Source: the human T2T-CHM13v2.0 reference genome, Homo sapiens. From it: DNA of 64,000 nt. The notes beneath the pieces were generated by a model. The model worked only from the letters and a program-made list of their open reading frames with translations, had not been told where the DNA came from and did no database searches. Position 1 is the first letter of the stretch. Each line of letters starts with the position of its first letter. Below are positions 1 through 16,644 of this stretch, piece after piece. The stretch lies in assembly GCF_009914755.1 (NCBI RefSeq), contig NC_060946.1; one strand, given 5' to 3'. The translations under genes were made by a program, and so were the position numbers.

Positions 1-244
1 TAAAGTCAATGAACAAGTGATAAGATACCATGCAGATTCAAGAAAGTTAAGTCAAAAAGGAGAAAGCTATGAAACAACCAATTCACATTTAAGAATCTCC
101 TAAAGTTTTGGGAAGTAGCAATAGCAAGTGCCTCTAAAAAATGATGAGGAGATAGGGCTAAAACTAGGATTGGTTTAAAGTCTGTTTAAGAATCAATTAG
201 CCCTTAGCATACAGTCTGTGGTCTCTAAATTTCCTTTCTCCAAA

Positions 245-1680
<1,436 letters not shown>

Positions 1681-1721
1681 TAAATATTAGACAAAAATCA
1701 AGGATCATCTGACATTTGAGC

Positions 1722-2155
1722 TGTTACAATAATTAACTGGGAGGCCATCAATCTAAGATGGTTCCAGCATCCTGGGTTCCTACTTACACAAACCAAAACT
1801 CAACTCAGTGTAAATGGTCATAGTCTAGGCCAATTAGAAACTGTCAACTAATCTCTACCTAGGAACTTTCCCCTACTTAAGCTTAACTAATCAGAAACTG
1901 CCAACTACCCCTCACTAGAGACTTTCCACCACTTAAGTTTAACCTATCAGAAACTGCCAACTAACCCCTCACTAGAGACTTTCCACTGGAATGAATTATT
2001 TGCCTTGCTTCCTTGTTCATCCTATAAAAGCCTTCCCCTCGTGCCCTTTTTGTGAAGCCCTGTACTGATTGCATTCTGGCTCTGCACAATTCATGAATTG
2101 TCAAACTCATGCTCAAACTCTAAAATTCTAATAAACTTCAGTTTATCTTTTAACA
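1722..2155 (+). mobile_element. ERV1-class solo LTR (subfamily uncertain) with internal ~56-bp tandem repeats
   Basis: TG...CA termini, TATA-like 'cctataaaagcc', AATAAA near the 3' end, three 'agaaactg(c/t)caacta...actttcc' units. Confidence 0.7.
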
Positions 2156-3270
2156 AAGTCATGCATCTGAATATAAAAGACATAGACTTAACATAGAAGG
2201 AGGAAAGAAAAAGAGGAGGAGGAAAGGAAGGGGGAAGGGAAGAGGAAAGGAAAGAAAACAGGAACAAACTGACTCAAGAAGAAAAAAAAATTCAAAACAA
2301 TTATAATACCCTCAGAGGGATGAGAAAATATTGCATTGATGAAACAAGAATGGGATACTAAGGAAAAAAGGAACAATCAAAGAGCAAAAATTTTAGAAAT
2401 AAAAAGGAATAAAAAAAACTAACCAGAAGAATTCTGGTTGAATATTAAAATTGAAGAAATGTTGCAGGAAACAGATTAAGTAACAAGAGAGGTGGAAAAT
2501 GAGAGAGATATGAGAAAATTATCTCCTGAGATTCAATATCTGAATAAAAATAGTTCAAGGAAATCAGAAAACAAAACTGTGAAAATGAAATCATTAAAGA
2601 AATCATTCAAAGAAATTTTTCTAAATTAAACAACATGAGTTTTTAGACGGGAAGTTGTCCATTAAGTAACCTGCACAAATGATGAAAATAGAGCCTCCCT
2701 AGAGCATACTGTTACATTTCAGAACACTGAAGACAAAAAAGATTCTATAAGCTTCCAGAACTAAGAAGGTTTTCATACAAAGGATCAAGATTTTAAAGTG
2801 CATCAGAATTCTCAACAGCAAAAAGAAAACAGGACAATGGCTGAATCTGTTCCTCCAAAATTCAGAGGGGAAAATTATTCCCAACCTCGAGTACTACAAT
2901 CATTCAAACTATTCATCTCTTGTTAGAGTAAAATAAAGACATTCTCAGACATACAAGGTTTTAAAGTTTTTCTTCCCATGCTTCATTTCTCACAAAACTG
3001 CTAAAGAATATGTAACTCAAAAACAATAAAGAAACTATGGGATACAAAAAATAGTGAATTAAATATAACGGAATAAAAGGTATTCCTTGTTTGATGGTAA
3101 ATGAAGATCTCAGGACAATAGTTGTGGAAATAATTCATTCAAATTGGAGCAGATCAGAAGGCTCCAGCCCAGAGAGATTTCTTCAAGAAGATAAAATTGT
3201 TCAAGTGCCTCCTGTGTTTGAACATATTAATATAAGTTTAACACAACTGGGTAGATTTGGAGGACTTAAT
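2156..3270 (+). mobile_element. Ancient L1M/HAL1 ORF1-region relic
   Basis: A-rich degraded L1 ORF1-like sequence. Confidence 0.5.
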
Positions 3271-3279
3271 TCATAATAT

Positions 3280-4710
3280 ACTCCTCATCTCCAATTTTCT
3301 CTTCCCATCATCTCTTAAACGCACACCAAACAGACTTTCACCCCGCCACTCCACCAAATCTGCTCCCATCAATTCATAAGCTCCATGCTGCTAAATCCAA
3401 TAGTCAATCCTCAGTTCTCATATTAACTGAATCCATTAGCAGCATCTTATAGGCTCATTGCTCCCTCCTCCTTAAAACATAGTTTCACTTGGCTTCCAGG
3501 ATACACCAAGCTTTCCTGGTTTTCCTCCTACATCACTGCTTGGTCTTTCTCAGTTTCTTTTGCTGAATCCTCCTCATTTCCCCAATCTCTTCACATGTGA
3601 GTATTCCAGGTTTCAGTCCTTGGGCCCCTTTACCATTTATACTCCATTCATTTGTGTTTATTCACTTTATATGAATCTATAAATGCGTATCTCTGGCACT
3701 GTCATCTCCCTGAACTCCAGATTGCTATATCCGACCTCTCCCCTTAGGTGTCTAATAAATATCTTAAACTTAACATGTCCAAAACCAAGCTCCAGATCTC
3801 TCTCAAAAACATCTGCTCCCCTGGCAGTCTTTGCCATTTTAGTTAGCTAAAAGCCCATTCCTCCAATTATTCATGCCAAAAACCTTGGAGTCGCCACTGA
3901 CCCTTCTTTTGCTCTCACATACCACATCCAATCCATCAGAAAATCCTGTTGGTTCTACCTTTTAAAATATTTCCAATTAGTTAATATGGTAGCTAAAGAA
4001 AAAATTTCCCAGAACTTGACTGCTTTTCACCAATGCCACTGCTAATTACCACCCTTGTCCAGGTCATCATCATATCTTGTGTAAGTTCTGCCTTAGCCTA
4101 CCAACAGGCTCCGTACTCTGCCCTTGCCTTCTCCAGTCTATTCTCCAAGCAGAAGCCAGAGAAATCTTTTCAAACCCTAAGTCAGATAAAGTCACTCCTC
4201 CGCTTAGAAGATTATAAAGACTTCTCATCTAGCTCCAAATGAAAGCCAACATCTTGACAATAGCCTCATAAGGTCTTACCCAGTCTAACCCTTGGTCCTC
4301 CTCCTCACTTGCTCCAGACACACTGCCTCTGTCTACTCAAGAACATGATGCAGGATCCCACCTCAAGCCATTGCACTTATGAATCCCACTGAGAACACTT
4401 TTACCCCCAGATATCTGCGTGAATCTCTCTTTCATAGCCTTCAAGCCTTTACTTAAATATCATCTTCTTGATAAAGTCCTCCCTAATGACCCTATTTGAA
4501 ATTGTAATCCCTCCCCACTTCCAATATTCTTGTGTCTCCTTTCTTGCTTTATTATTCTCCACAGAACTTATCGACATCTAATATATTAAGTATTTTAGTT
4601 TACTGTACATCTTTCCCCCTTAGACTCTGGGAGAACAAGGAGAATTTTAATCTTCTTGTGCACAGCTATATCCCTAACACAGAGTAGAAGTTCAACATAC
4701 TTTTACTGAA
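3280..4710 (+). mobile_element. L2 (L2a-like) 3' portion
   Basis: L2 RT-region motifs ('ccactccaccaaatctgctc...aaatccaatagtcaatcctcagttctcat', 'cttaacatgtccaaaacc') and L2 3' end. Confidence 0.85.
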
Positions 4711-4875
4711 CGTATAAAAAGGTATATAGAAAACTAAACAAATACAAAATAAATTATTTCTTAACACTAGGGGGAAAATATGAGCAAGAAAGGAAAAGTA
4801 ATGACTTACTACATAGCTCAGCTATGCAAAGCATTTACACAGTCATAATAAATACTGATTTATTTATTATTTACT

Positions 4876-5057
4876 CAGTGGTTCTCAAACCTGGCTGCAC
4901 ATTAGAAGCAATTGAAAACTTTTTTAAAAACACGGATACCCAGGATCCTCCCCAAAACACATAAAGCTGAATTTGTGAGGGTGAGTCTCAGGTATCTAGA
5001 TTTGTTCACTCAAGTTTGCTAGTGATTCTAATGTACAGCCAGAAATAAGAAGCACTC
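4876..5057. mobile_element. MER5-type hAT-Charlie DNA transposon
   Basis: 'cagtggttctcaaacctggctgcacattagaa...gtgattctaatgtacagccag...agaagcact' termini. Confidence 0.75.
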
Positions 5058-6329
5058 ATCTAACCAAAATTACAATAAAACTACAGTGGGCGGCTAGGGG
5101 ATCGGAAATACATATGTAGGTGTTAGATACAAGAGGTATGAGTTAAATCTTAAACTTCAGTAACTAAAAATCAATAGATAACTGCTAAAACTGAAAAATA
5201 AGTAACATTATAATTCAAATAGAACAAGCTACAAGAGTTGAAAAATGTTTGCTTCTGGGAGGAGTGAGGAATAGGGCTGAGGATGGCTGCTTTTTAAAAG
5301 TCAGGTTGAATATTTTATTTTAGACTCCAAATTCACATAATTTTCAATTAATAAACTAAATTTATAATTTTTAATGGTAATGTTGAAGCTGGAACAATTA
5401 GCAAAAGAAGAGAAAAAGAGTGGGGGCTGAGTAACTGGGGTAAGGGCTAGAGTCTTATAAAGACACAAATTTCCAACGACAGAGTAGCCACGGTTTTCAC
5501 AGAAGAATGATTAGTATTCCATCTTAAACTGGCTGTTGTCAAGGAAATAGAACATTGACCTGAGCCTTCCGTTAAAAAAAAAAAAAGGCAAAAAAGGTGG
5601 GAAGTGGTGGTGGTAGCAAGAAATTGGTGGTAATTCTCCTCACATGAGGAGCCTATCTTCCTTTAATAAAACAACGAACAGATCAACCACGATAAGGTTC
5701 AACCCTATAGAGGTAACATGACTGTTAGCAGCTATGAATACAGCAAATGCAGTTCACTTTGTTTGTTTTCTTTGTCCTTACACAGGTGACAAAGTAGAAA
5801 AATTTAAATTATGAAATCTCAAATACAGTCTAAAATGTGTTCAAATGTAAGTTGAGATAAACTATTTTGGAGTACTCCCTAAACAAGACATTAATAGGGA
5901 CAAGGAGAGCATCTTCAAGGAAAAGCCCATATGTTAATCCTTTATTTCTACTGTATTTTGATAGAACCTAAATCCAGGTTTCACTTGAAATGATACTCAA
6001 TGTTCACCGAAAGGGGCTCCCTTGGTTTCACAATAAAATGATAATAAAATGATTAGATTGTAAAAGTCCTATTTGTGCAAAACCATTTTTTGATCTGAGG
6101 GAACATGAGCACTTTAAGAACATCTAATCATAATTCTGGGGCCCAAAGAGCCCCCAGAAAAGTCCCTACAATATTCCAGAATAAGCATACATTTAGTAGG
6201 AGTTCATTCTTATTGATTCACCATATGGGCAGTTCCAGTTGTAAACTTCTGTAAGAAATGTAGAGAAGTGTAATTTCTCTCTTTACTGGGCCAATATATT
6301 GACAATTTATTCATAAATAAATTTATTTA

Positions 6330-6631
<302 letters not shown>

Positions 6632-7235
6632 TTATTCAATACATGTTTTCTCTCTCCCTTGCAAGATTAATGGTCAGGAAGATGTGACTGTGAAAAAATG
6701 TGAAAATAAACGAGAAATTTCAGAATGTTTCAACAGTTTCAAATATCTAAAAGAAAAAGTAAACTTTGCTACTTTAAAATTAACTATGAAAAAGTAAGAA
6801 TTATCAGAAAACTATGTAATTTTCACATCCTTCATTAAACAAGTTTATTGACTAAAGTTTGCTACCTTTCTCAGGGCAGGTAGACAAGTTGACAGTCTCT
6901 TAGTCCCATCTTACAATTACTATTTCTATTACAATAAGAAAATACCTTTTTTCCTCTGGAAAAAAAAATGCAGATTTTAGCAATACAGTAAACTAATGGT
7001 CATCCTCATTAAACGAATGTTTACTGAAGTATATCATATAGAGAGATTACTAGGGCCTCAAAATAAAATGAAGCACAAATTCACTGCTTCTGTCTTGAAA
7101 GAAATAGCGTGTGAATTAAAATATAGTATGAAGATAGCATACATGAATTAAGATAGCATAGACTGCAGGTCTAAATTAGCTTATTGAGTAAACTCCAACA
7201 CTATAATTTTTAATCTTTTTAATATTTTTGTAGAG

Positions 7236-7790
7236 TTTTTAAAATTGGCATATAAAAATGGACATATTTATGGGGTACACAGTGACATTGCAATACATAT
7301 AATGTATAGTGATCAGATTGGGGTAATCAGCATACTCATCATCTCAAACATTTATCATTTCTTCATGTTGTGAACAGTCACTATACTACTTCTAGCTATT
7401 TGAAATTATATATTACTGTTAACTATAGTCATCTTACAGTACTACAGAACACTAGAATTTGAATAACTTTATTGAGATATAATTCACACACCATAAATTC
7501 ACCCTTTTATACAATTCAGAGATTTTAGTATATTCACAGAATTGTACATCTATCACCACAATCAATGTAATTTATTTATCACCCCTAAAAGTTCCACATC
7601 CATCAGCAGTTATTCACCACTTCCTCCTACCCCAAGCTCCTGAAAACCACTGATCTACTTTCCATCTCTACAAATTTGCCAGTTGTGAACACTTCATATA
7701 AATCAAGTTATACAATGTGTGGTCTTTTGTGTCTAGCTTCTTTCACCTAGAACGCTGTTTACAAGGTTCACCTACCTTTTAGCATGTATT
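7236..7790 (-). mobile_element. Two adjacent L1MA and L1MB 3'-end fragments
   Basis: 'atttatggggtacacagtga' (L1MA) and 'tttattgagatataattcaca' (L1MB) antisense 3' ends. Confidence 0.75.
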
Positions 7791-8967
7791 AATCAGATAC
7801 ATTAATGTATTAAGATCACTTGTTTTAACCCTTATGTTCATATGGCTTTATCCACTTTGCTAACAAAACAGCAAGGGAAAAATTCAAAGGTGATGTTGAG
7901 TACATGTAATAATCTTTCAAAAATATTTTTCTTATACAAGGATCCATAATTACAGCGAGAAAATTATTACAAAATAGTAACAGTAAAACCAGTCTAATCT
8001 AGGTCTACTTTATCCTTAACATTCAGATTAGTTTAATCTTTTGAATAACATACAATCTTGCTAGGACATAGCTAATTACATTAAAGACTACGATATGCAG
8101 AAAGCTTAACATTTATAATGGACAATTCCGTATCACAGCAATCCCATAATTTTCATTAGCAGTAACAATTTCTATTTATTAGCAGTAACAATCTTCTGCG
8201 TGATTCCTGACAAACCGAGTTTCATAAAGCTGTACAAAAAATAAAGATGTGGTCAGTAATTTCACAAAGTGAGGCAAGAGGAAGATAAACTAGAAATGTA
8301 TCAATCACTTGAGATGCTGCATTGTTCAGTTAGAATAAAAAAAATGTTGACTTCTCTATTATATTTGCCCTTAATTTGCTTGCAAACTTGCAAAACAGGA
8401 CATCTAATTTGATAAAACATCAGAGTCCAGAAGGATATTTCTTAGTGGCATGAAGTTTGAACATCTTGAACAATATTCCTCAGTTTCTCTTTCTAAAGCT
8501 TGAGAAAAACTCATAAAATGAACATCTGTAGAGCACCTACTATATGCCAAGCACAGCATTATGTACTAGGTGTACAAAAAAAGGAGCAAAATGTAACTGT
8601 TCTCAAAGAATTCACAATCTAGTGGATGCAGTAAATATAATCATCAGAAAAACAAACATTTATTGAGCACTATCCTGAGACTGGCACTATATTAAAAGCT
8701 TTAGATGAATTCAAACCCAGGCTGCCTGACTCTGGAGCCTGTTATTAATTATATGAAGATGTGATGTATAAGGTGTTCCAGGCAAAGGAAAGCAAATGAG
8801 TGTAAAAGTAGAAAATGGTATGACGTGTGAAGGGAACTGTGATGAGTTTGATGTAGTGAAAAAAGAATTTAGAGGTAAAAAGTAGCAAGAACTGGGGCTA
8901 AAAGTTTAGCAGAGGTCAGATCATAAAGGTTCTGGAATGTCATTCCAATGAAAAATTAAAGAAGATC

Positions 8968-9130
8968 TAAGTAAAGAGAACTTGAAATGTTCCCAACACA
9001 TAGAACTGATAAATCCTCAAGGTAATAGATATCCCAAATACCCCAACTTATTCATTACACATTCTAGGCATGTAACAAAATATCTTATGTACCCCATAAA
9101 TATGTAAAATATTACATATCAATGCAATTT
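8968..9130 (+). mobile_element. L1MA 3'-end fragment
   Basis: 'gaaatgttcccaacaca...tgtaccccataaatatgt'. Confidence 0.75.
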
Positions 9131-9791
9131 TTAAAATTATGAATAAACACCTAAGTAGTTCTTTTTCAAGTAAAATTAAAACATTCACATTTTCATGATA
9201 ATGCAAGTGGATAGGACAGGAGTCTTTTTGCATTATGCCATTCTTTTTGCTTTTTAAACATAATTATGCAATGTTGGAAAATATACTTTTTAAAAATCAT
9301 GACCTGCCTATTTGTTTTTTATACCTATTCTCTTTTGATGCGAAGAATTTTTTTAAATGCCATTAAGTTTGAGGTTTTAAAGTGTGTTCTGATGTTTTAA
9401 GCTGAAAAGCTGATTGGTACTAAAAGCATTCTCTAGTATCCATAAAAGCATATGTTTTTTCCATCCTATCTTTATAAGACTTACATGGTTAATATATGAC
9501 TCTCATACATATTGCTCAAATGAAACAGAATAGAATTACTATTTTTGGTGATGGTCTATAACTAAAGCCTTGGAAATCTACCTGATACCTGTTAAGAGAT
9601 AACAGTTGTTTCTACAATGAAGTACCAATATCTGCCTCGTATAGCATAATCCCCATTATCCCTGCACCTGAGAGGCTTGAAGCTTGGAAAATGTTCATGA
9701 ACTGATTTCAATATCACTAGATATCATTGGCTGGCTAGCAACACAGTAGGAATCGTGCAGGATCCTTTCTGAAGAAATTATAAAAGAAAAT

Positions 9792-10169
<378 letters not shown>

Positions 10170-10489
10170 TCAGTGCAGAAATCCTGGATACTGCAAAGAT
10201 TCTCCAATTTTCACAAAAGTGAGAGGAAAGGCCTTAAATCCTTAAACCAAGGATTAAAAACAAGCATATCCTTGTTTGGGCTATATATCTTATTAATAAA
10301 AATTCATCATCAAATGCCACACTACCCACAAGAGTCCATAACTAGCTTTGGCTTTTTTTGGACACTACCTGACAGATTTTTTCTAATTTAGGTTGAATGT
10401 TTATATTCTTTCATACTGCATCACATAATGCCTCATGGAAGGCAGGCACTAAACAATTTGTTGATTTTTTTCTACTAAAAAAGAATGAA

Positions 10490-10900
10490 ATTCCCTGACT
10501 ACCTCACTAGACATCTTTACTACTCATTCTTTGTGCTCCAAACACACCTGCCTGATTTCAGTTTCTAAACCTAACAATATGCCTTTCCCCTCAAGCTGCA
10601 TACGCCGCTCCCTCCACCTGGAACACTCCCTACATCCTCTACTTTCTTCAGAACTCAGATGAAATATTTCCTCAGAGAACCTCCACACTAGGGCATGTCC
10701 TCCTGTCACATGCTCTCATCCCCAGCTGTACTCCTTTGGACCACTTACCATACTGTAATTAAATAAATAATTATGTGATTGATTAGTTTAATATCTGGCT
10801 CCCTCTTAGGATATATGTACCATGGGTTTTCGTATCTTTACCCCCAGTGCCTTTCACAAGCAAACTAAAGATGAATATTTGTTGAATAAATGAACAAGTT
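10490..10900 (+). mobile_element. L2 3' end
   Basis: Ends in 'aatatttgttgaataaatgaa'. Confidence 0.65.
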
Positions 10901-11789
10901 TGAAAACTAGCTTTACAACTTACTAAGTAAATTTGAAAAACTCACTTAATGTCATTAGGCTTCAGTTTCTGTAGCTATAAAAAGAGAATAATAAAAATGC
11001 TACCTCACTGAGTTGTTGGGATTTATGATGAACTCTAAACTTCAAAATGTTACATAAAAATATTAATCTATTATTATTCTCAGCAAGGACATTTCACATT
11101 TAATATTGTCTTTAGCCAATCTTAATAGTATTAGCTAAGAACTTTAACGCATATTACAGATTATCAAGATGCTGATAAATAATGGAAGTATCTGTCAAAA
11201 ATTAATAAGTAGTCATTAGCTCCAGTCAGTAGCAGCCTGTGACAGATTCCAAGAACTGATCTCACGATTGTCAGTTTAATAATAATAGTCCATCTCACAA
11301 GAAAGCGTGTCAGGTCTACTGTAATTCATGCTTCAGAAAAAAGTATTTCCTATGGAGTTGGGCTCATGAACAAATACACCAGCTAAAGAATGGATCAATA
11401 GTGAAAGATGAGCTTCTCCAATTCACTCACAATTACGCTTGAGTCAACAGACTAATGTAAATCAATAATTTGTTATATTTGCTACATTTACAGACTTTGA
11501 TCTTTAATATAAACCTGGCAATAAAACAACATACATTTCTTTTCCTATGTTCTACAGTAATCTGATCATGAATATGGTAAAGGAAAAAAATTATTTTCTC
11601 TCTCATCTGTGTAATAAATCTAAACCAAATTGTTCAGTAACCTCTTTCAGGTATATCCTTCTAGTAACTGTCTTCATAAGCATATTTTTTAAAAACAAGT
11701 AAAAGTGAGATATATAACAGGTAATTATTAATCACAAGTAATTTTGAGTTATATAGTTTTCCTAGGTATTCCTATACTAGCCTATATAG

Positions 11790-11910
11790 CTATGTGTGTG
11801 TGTGTGTCTGTTTGTGTAGCCATATATATACACATTCATCTCATATACACATATATACATACATACACATACATATGTGTGTATATGTACACACACACCT
11901 ATATATATAT
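11790..11910. repeat. Compound (TG)n/(TA)n/(CA)n microsatellite
   Basis: Seen directly. Confidence 0.9.
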
Positions 11911-12408
11911 AAAATTCCACACTTCCTCTATTGTATTATAATGATGTGGTGTTTACCTGTAAGCTCTCCTAGAAAGACAGCTGTTTGAAGCCATGGCCAA
12001 TGTCTTTTAAATCTGTACCCTCAGCACCTAGTGCAGTATTTCAACGTAATAGGCATTTAGTGAGTGCTTGCTAAATAAACTGCACAGTCTTTTGCCAACA
12101 TAACATTTTTCTGATGCCCGACTCACATTACCCAACAGCCAACTTTTGAGGTTGTCCATTCCCAGCTCTGAAGAAGATATGCTCTTAATAAAAAACACTT
12201 TCTTGATATAATGTCAGTAATTTGCTTAAAAAAAAATCCAGTGGGAGTGGGTACAGAGATTTAGCGGTGAAATAAGACTGTCTATGAGCTATAATTTAAA
12301 CAATTTTTGATATAGGTTCATTATACAATTCTTTTTTTATATATATTTGAAATTTTTCATAAGTATTTTTTCTTAACTGGAAAAAAGTTTTAAAAGTTTA
12401 AAACTTTA

Positions 12409-12723
<315 letters not shown>

Positions 12724-15626
12724 TTAGAAGCTTCTCTTGCAAGATGGCCGATTAGAAGCAGCTGCGCTCTGCGGCACTCCGAAAGGAATGAAAGTGGCGA
12801 GTGAGTTCAGCACCTTCAGCTGAAATATCCAGGTCCTCACAGTGGAACTGTCTAGGCAACAACAACTTGATCCAAGGAGGACCACAGAAAGCAGAGTGGG
12901 GTGACAGCCCACCCAGGAATGGCACAGAGCCAAAGGAACCCCCACCCCCAGCCAAGGGAAGTAGTGAGGGAACCACACTTCTCCCATGAATCTTTGCAAC
13001 CCGCAGATCAGGAGATTGCCTCAGGAGCTCAGGATACCAGGGCCTTGGGTCCAATACACAGAGCTATGTGAAGTATCTGCAGAGCAGCCACTCAGGCACA
13101 CAGAGAAACCCAGAAGTTTTACCTACTTCAGCCCCAGAATCCCCCGCAAGGCAGAAGATCCAACCATGCATACCCCTAGGAACTGGGGCTGAATTTAGGG
13201 AGCCAAGCAGTGTCACTCTGCAGGCCCCACTTCCACGGCACGTCACTGGAAGCCAGTTAAGACCCACTGGCTTGGAATTCCAGCCGCCAAACAGCAACAG
13301 GCTGGAGTCGGCCTGAGTTGGAACGGAGTTCCCGGGGAAGAAGGGTGGCCACCGTCTCCGTGGTTCAGTAGATTCAGCTGTTCCAGCCGGCTGGCTTTGG
13401 AGAATACAAACAGTCCGAACAAGGAAGGGTCCCCCACAGTGCAGCCCAGCTGCCTTGCCAGATCGTGGCCAGACTGCTTCCTTAAGTGGGACCTCAACCC
13501 ATTCTTCCTCACTGGGCGGGACCTTCCTGCGGTGGCTTCAGCCACTCCAGCCAGGGTTCTAAAGACAGAGTCCTGATCTCTCCCTGGGACAGAGCTCCTG
13601 TGGGGAGAAGCAGCCACCATCTCTGCAGTTCAGCAGACTCGGCCGTTCCAGCCTGCCAGCTTTGGAGAACACAGACGGTCTGGATGAGGAAGGATCCCCC
13701 ACAACACAGCACAGCTGCCTTGTCAGGTCATGGCCAGACTGCTTCTTTAATTGCGACCCTGACCCATTCCCCCTCACAGGCAGGACCTCCCTGCAGGGGT
13801 TTCAGTCACTCCAGCAAGGGTTCTACAGACAGTACTCTGATCTCTCCCTGGGACAGAGCTCCCGGGGGGAGGGGTGGCTGCCATCTCAGTGGTTCGGTAG
13901 ACTCAGCTGTTCCGGTCTACCAGCTTTGGAGAACACGAACATTCTGGACAAGGAAAGGTCCCCCGAATGCAGCACACCTGCTCTACCAAAAAGTAGCCAG
14001 ACTGCTTCTTTAAGCAGTTCTCTGATCCCATTCCTCCTGACTAGGTGAGACCTCCCAACAGGGGTCTCCAGTCACCTCCTACAGGCATGTTCGGGCCAGC
14101 AACAGATTAGTAATCCCCTGGGACAGAGCATTCAGAAGAAGGAGCAGGCTGCCATCTTTGCTGTTTCACAGCCTTCACTGGTGATACCTCCAGGCATGGG
14201 AAAAGCCCAGGCAACTAGGGTCTGGAGCAGACCCCCAGCAAACTGCAGCAGCCCTAAAGAAGAGTGGTCTATCTGTTAAAAGAAAAACAAACAGAAAACA
14301 ACAACATCAACAAAACAGACCCCACAAAAAATCCATTCAAAGGTCAGCAACCTCAAAAATTGAAAGTAGATAAACCCACAAAGATGAGAAAGAATCAACA
14401 CAAAAATACTGAAAACTCAAAAAGCCAGAGTGCCTCTTCTCCTCAAATGACCCCAACACCTCTCCAGCAAGGGCACAGAACTGGGGTGAGGCTGAGATGG
14501 CTGAAATGACAGAAGTAGACTTCAGAAGGTGGGTAATGACAACCTTTGCTGAGCTAAAGGAGCATGTTGTAACCCAATGCAAAGAAGCTAACAATCATGA
14601 TAAAATACAGGAGCTGATAGCCAGAATAGCCAGTTTAGAAAGAAACATAACCAACCTGATGGAGTGAGCTGAAAAACAAAACATGAAAACCTCACAATGC
14701 CATCACAAGTAACAACAGCAGAATAGACCAAGCCGAGGAAAGACTCTCAGAGCTTGAAGCTATCTTTCGGAAATAAGACAGGCAGACAAGAACAGAGAAA
14801 AAAGAATGAAAAGGAACAAAACCTCAAAGAAATATGATATTATGTAAAGAGACTGAACCTATGACTGACTGGGGTTCCTGAAAGAGACAGGGAGAATGGA
14901 ACCAAGTTGGAAAACATACTTCAAAATATCATCCAGGAGAACTTCCCCAACCTAGCAAGACAGGCCAACATTCAAATTCAGGAAATGCAAGAAACCCAGT
15001 AAAATACTCCACAAGAAGACCAACCCCAAGACATATAATCATCAGATTCTCACAGGTCAAAATGAAAGAAAAAATGTTAAGGGCAGCTAAAGAGAAAGGC
15101 CAGGTCACCTACAAAGGGAAGCCTATCAGACTAATAGCAGACCTGTTAGTGTAAACCCTATAAGCCAGAAGAGAGTGGGGGCCAGTATTCAACATTCTTA
15201 AAGAAAAGAATTTCCAACCCAAAATTTCATACCTGGCCAAACTAAGCTTCATAAGTGAAGGAGAAATAAGATTCTTTTCAGACAAGCAAATGCTGAGGGA
15301 ATTCGTCACCACCAGGCCTGCCTTGCAAGAGCTCCTGAAGGAAGCACTAAATATGGAAAGGAAAACCACTACCAGCCACTACAAAAACACACTGAAGTAC
15401 ATAGACCAGTGACACTATGAAGCAATCACATAAACAGGTCTGCAAAATAACCAGCTAGCATCATGATGCCAGGATGAAATTCACACATAACAATACTAAA
15501 CTTAAATGTAAATGGCCTAAATGCACCAATTAAAAGACACAGATGGAAAGCTAGATAAAGAGCCAACACCCATCAGTATGCTGTCTTCACATCTCACATG
15601 CAAAGACAAACATAGTCTCAAAATAA

Positions 15627-16077
<451 letters not shown>

Positions 16078-16346
16078 TAATGGTAAAGGGTTCAATTCAA
16101 CAAGAAGAGCTAACTATCCTAAATACATATGCACCAATACAGGAGTATCCAGATTCATAAAGCAAGTTCTTAGAGACTTACAAAGAGACTTAGACTTTAG
16201 ACTCCCACATAAAAATAGTGGGAGACTTTAACACCCCACTGACAATATTAGATCATCGAGACGGAAAATTAACAAAAATATTCAGGACCTGAACTCAGTT
16301 CTGGATCAAGTGGACCTGATAGAGATCTACAGAACTCTCCACCTAA

Positions 16347-16644
<298 letters not shown>

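Noticed and set aside
9485-9768. Possible third minus-strand exon (acceptor 'tttcttcag' at 9769)
   Set aside because: The donor is ambiguous (three candidates) and the pyrimidine tract is the A-rich Alu target site; support is insufficient.
13331-14130. CRISPR-like or satellite array
   Set aside because: Eukaryotic L1 5'UTR monomers with no repeat-spacer structure.
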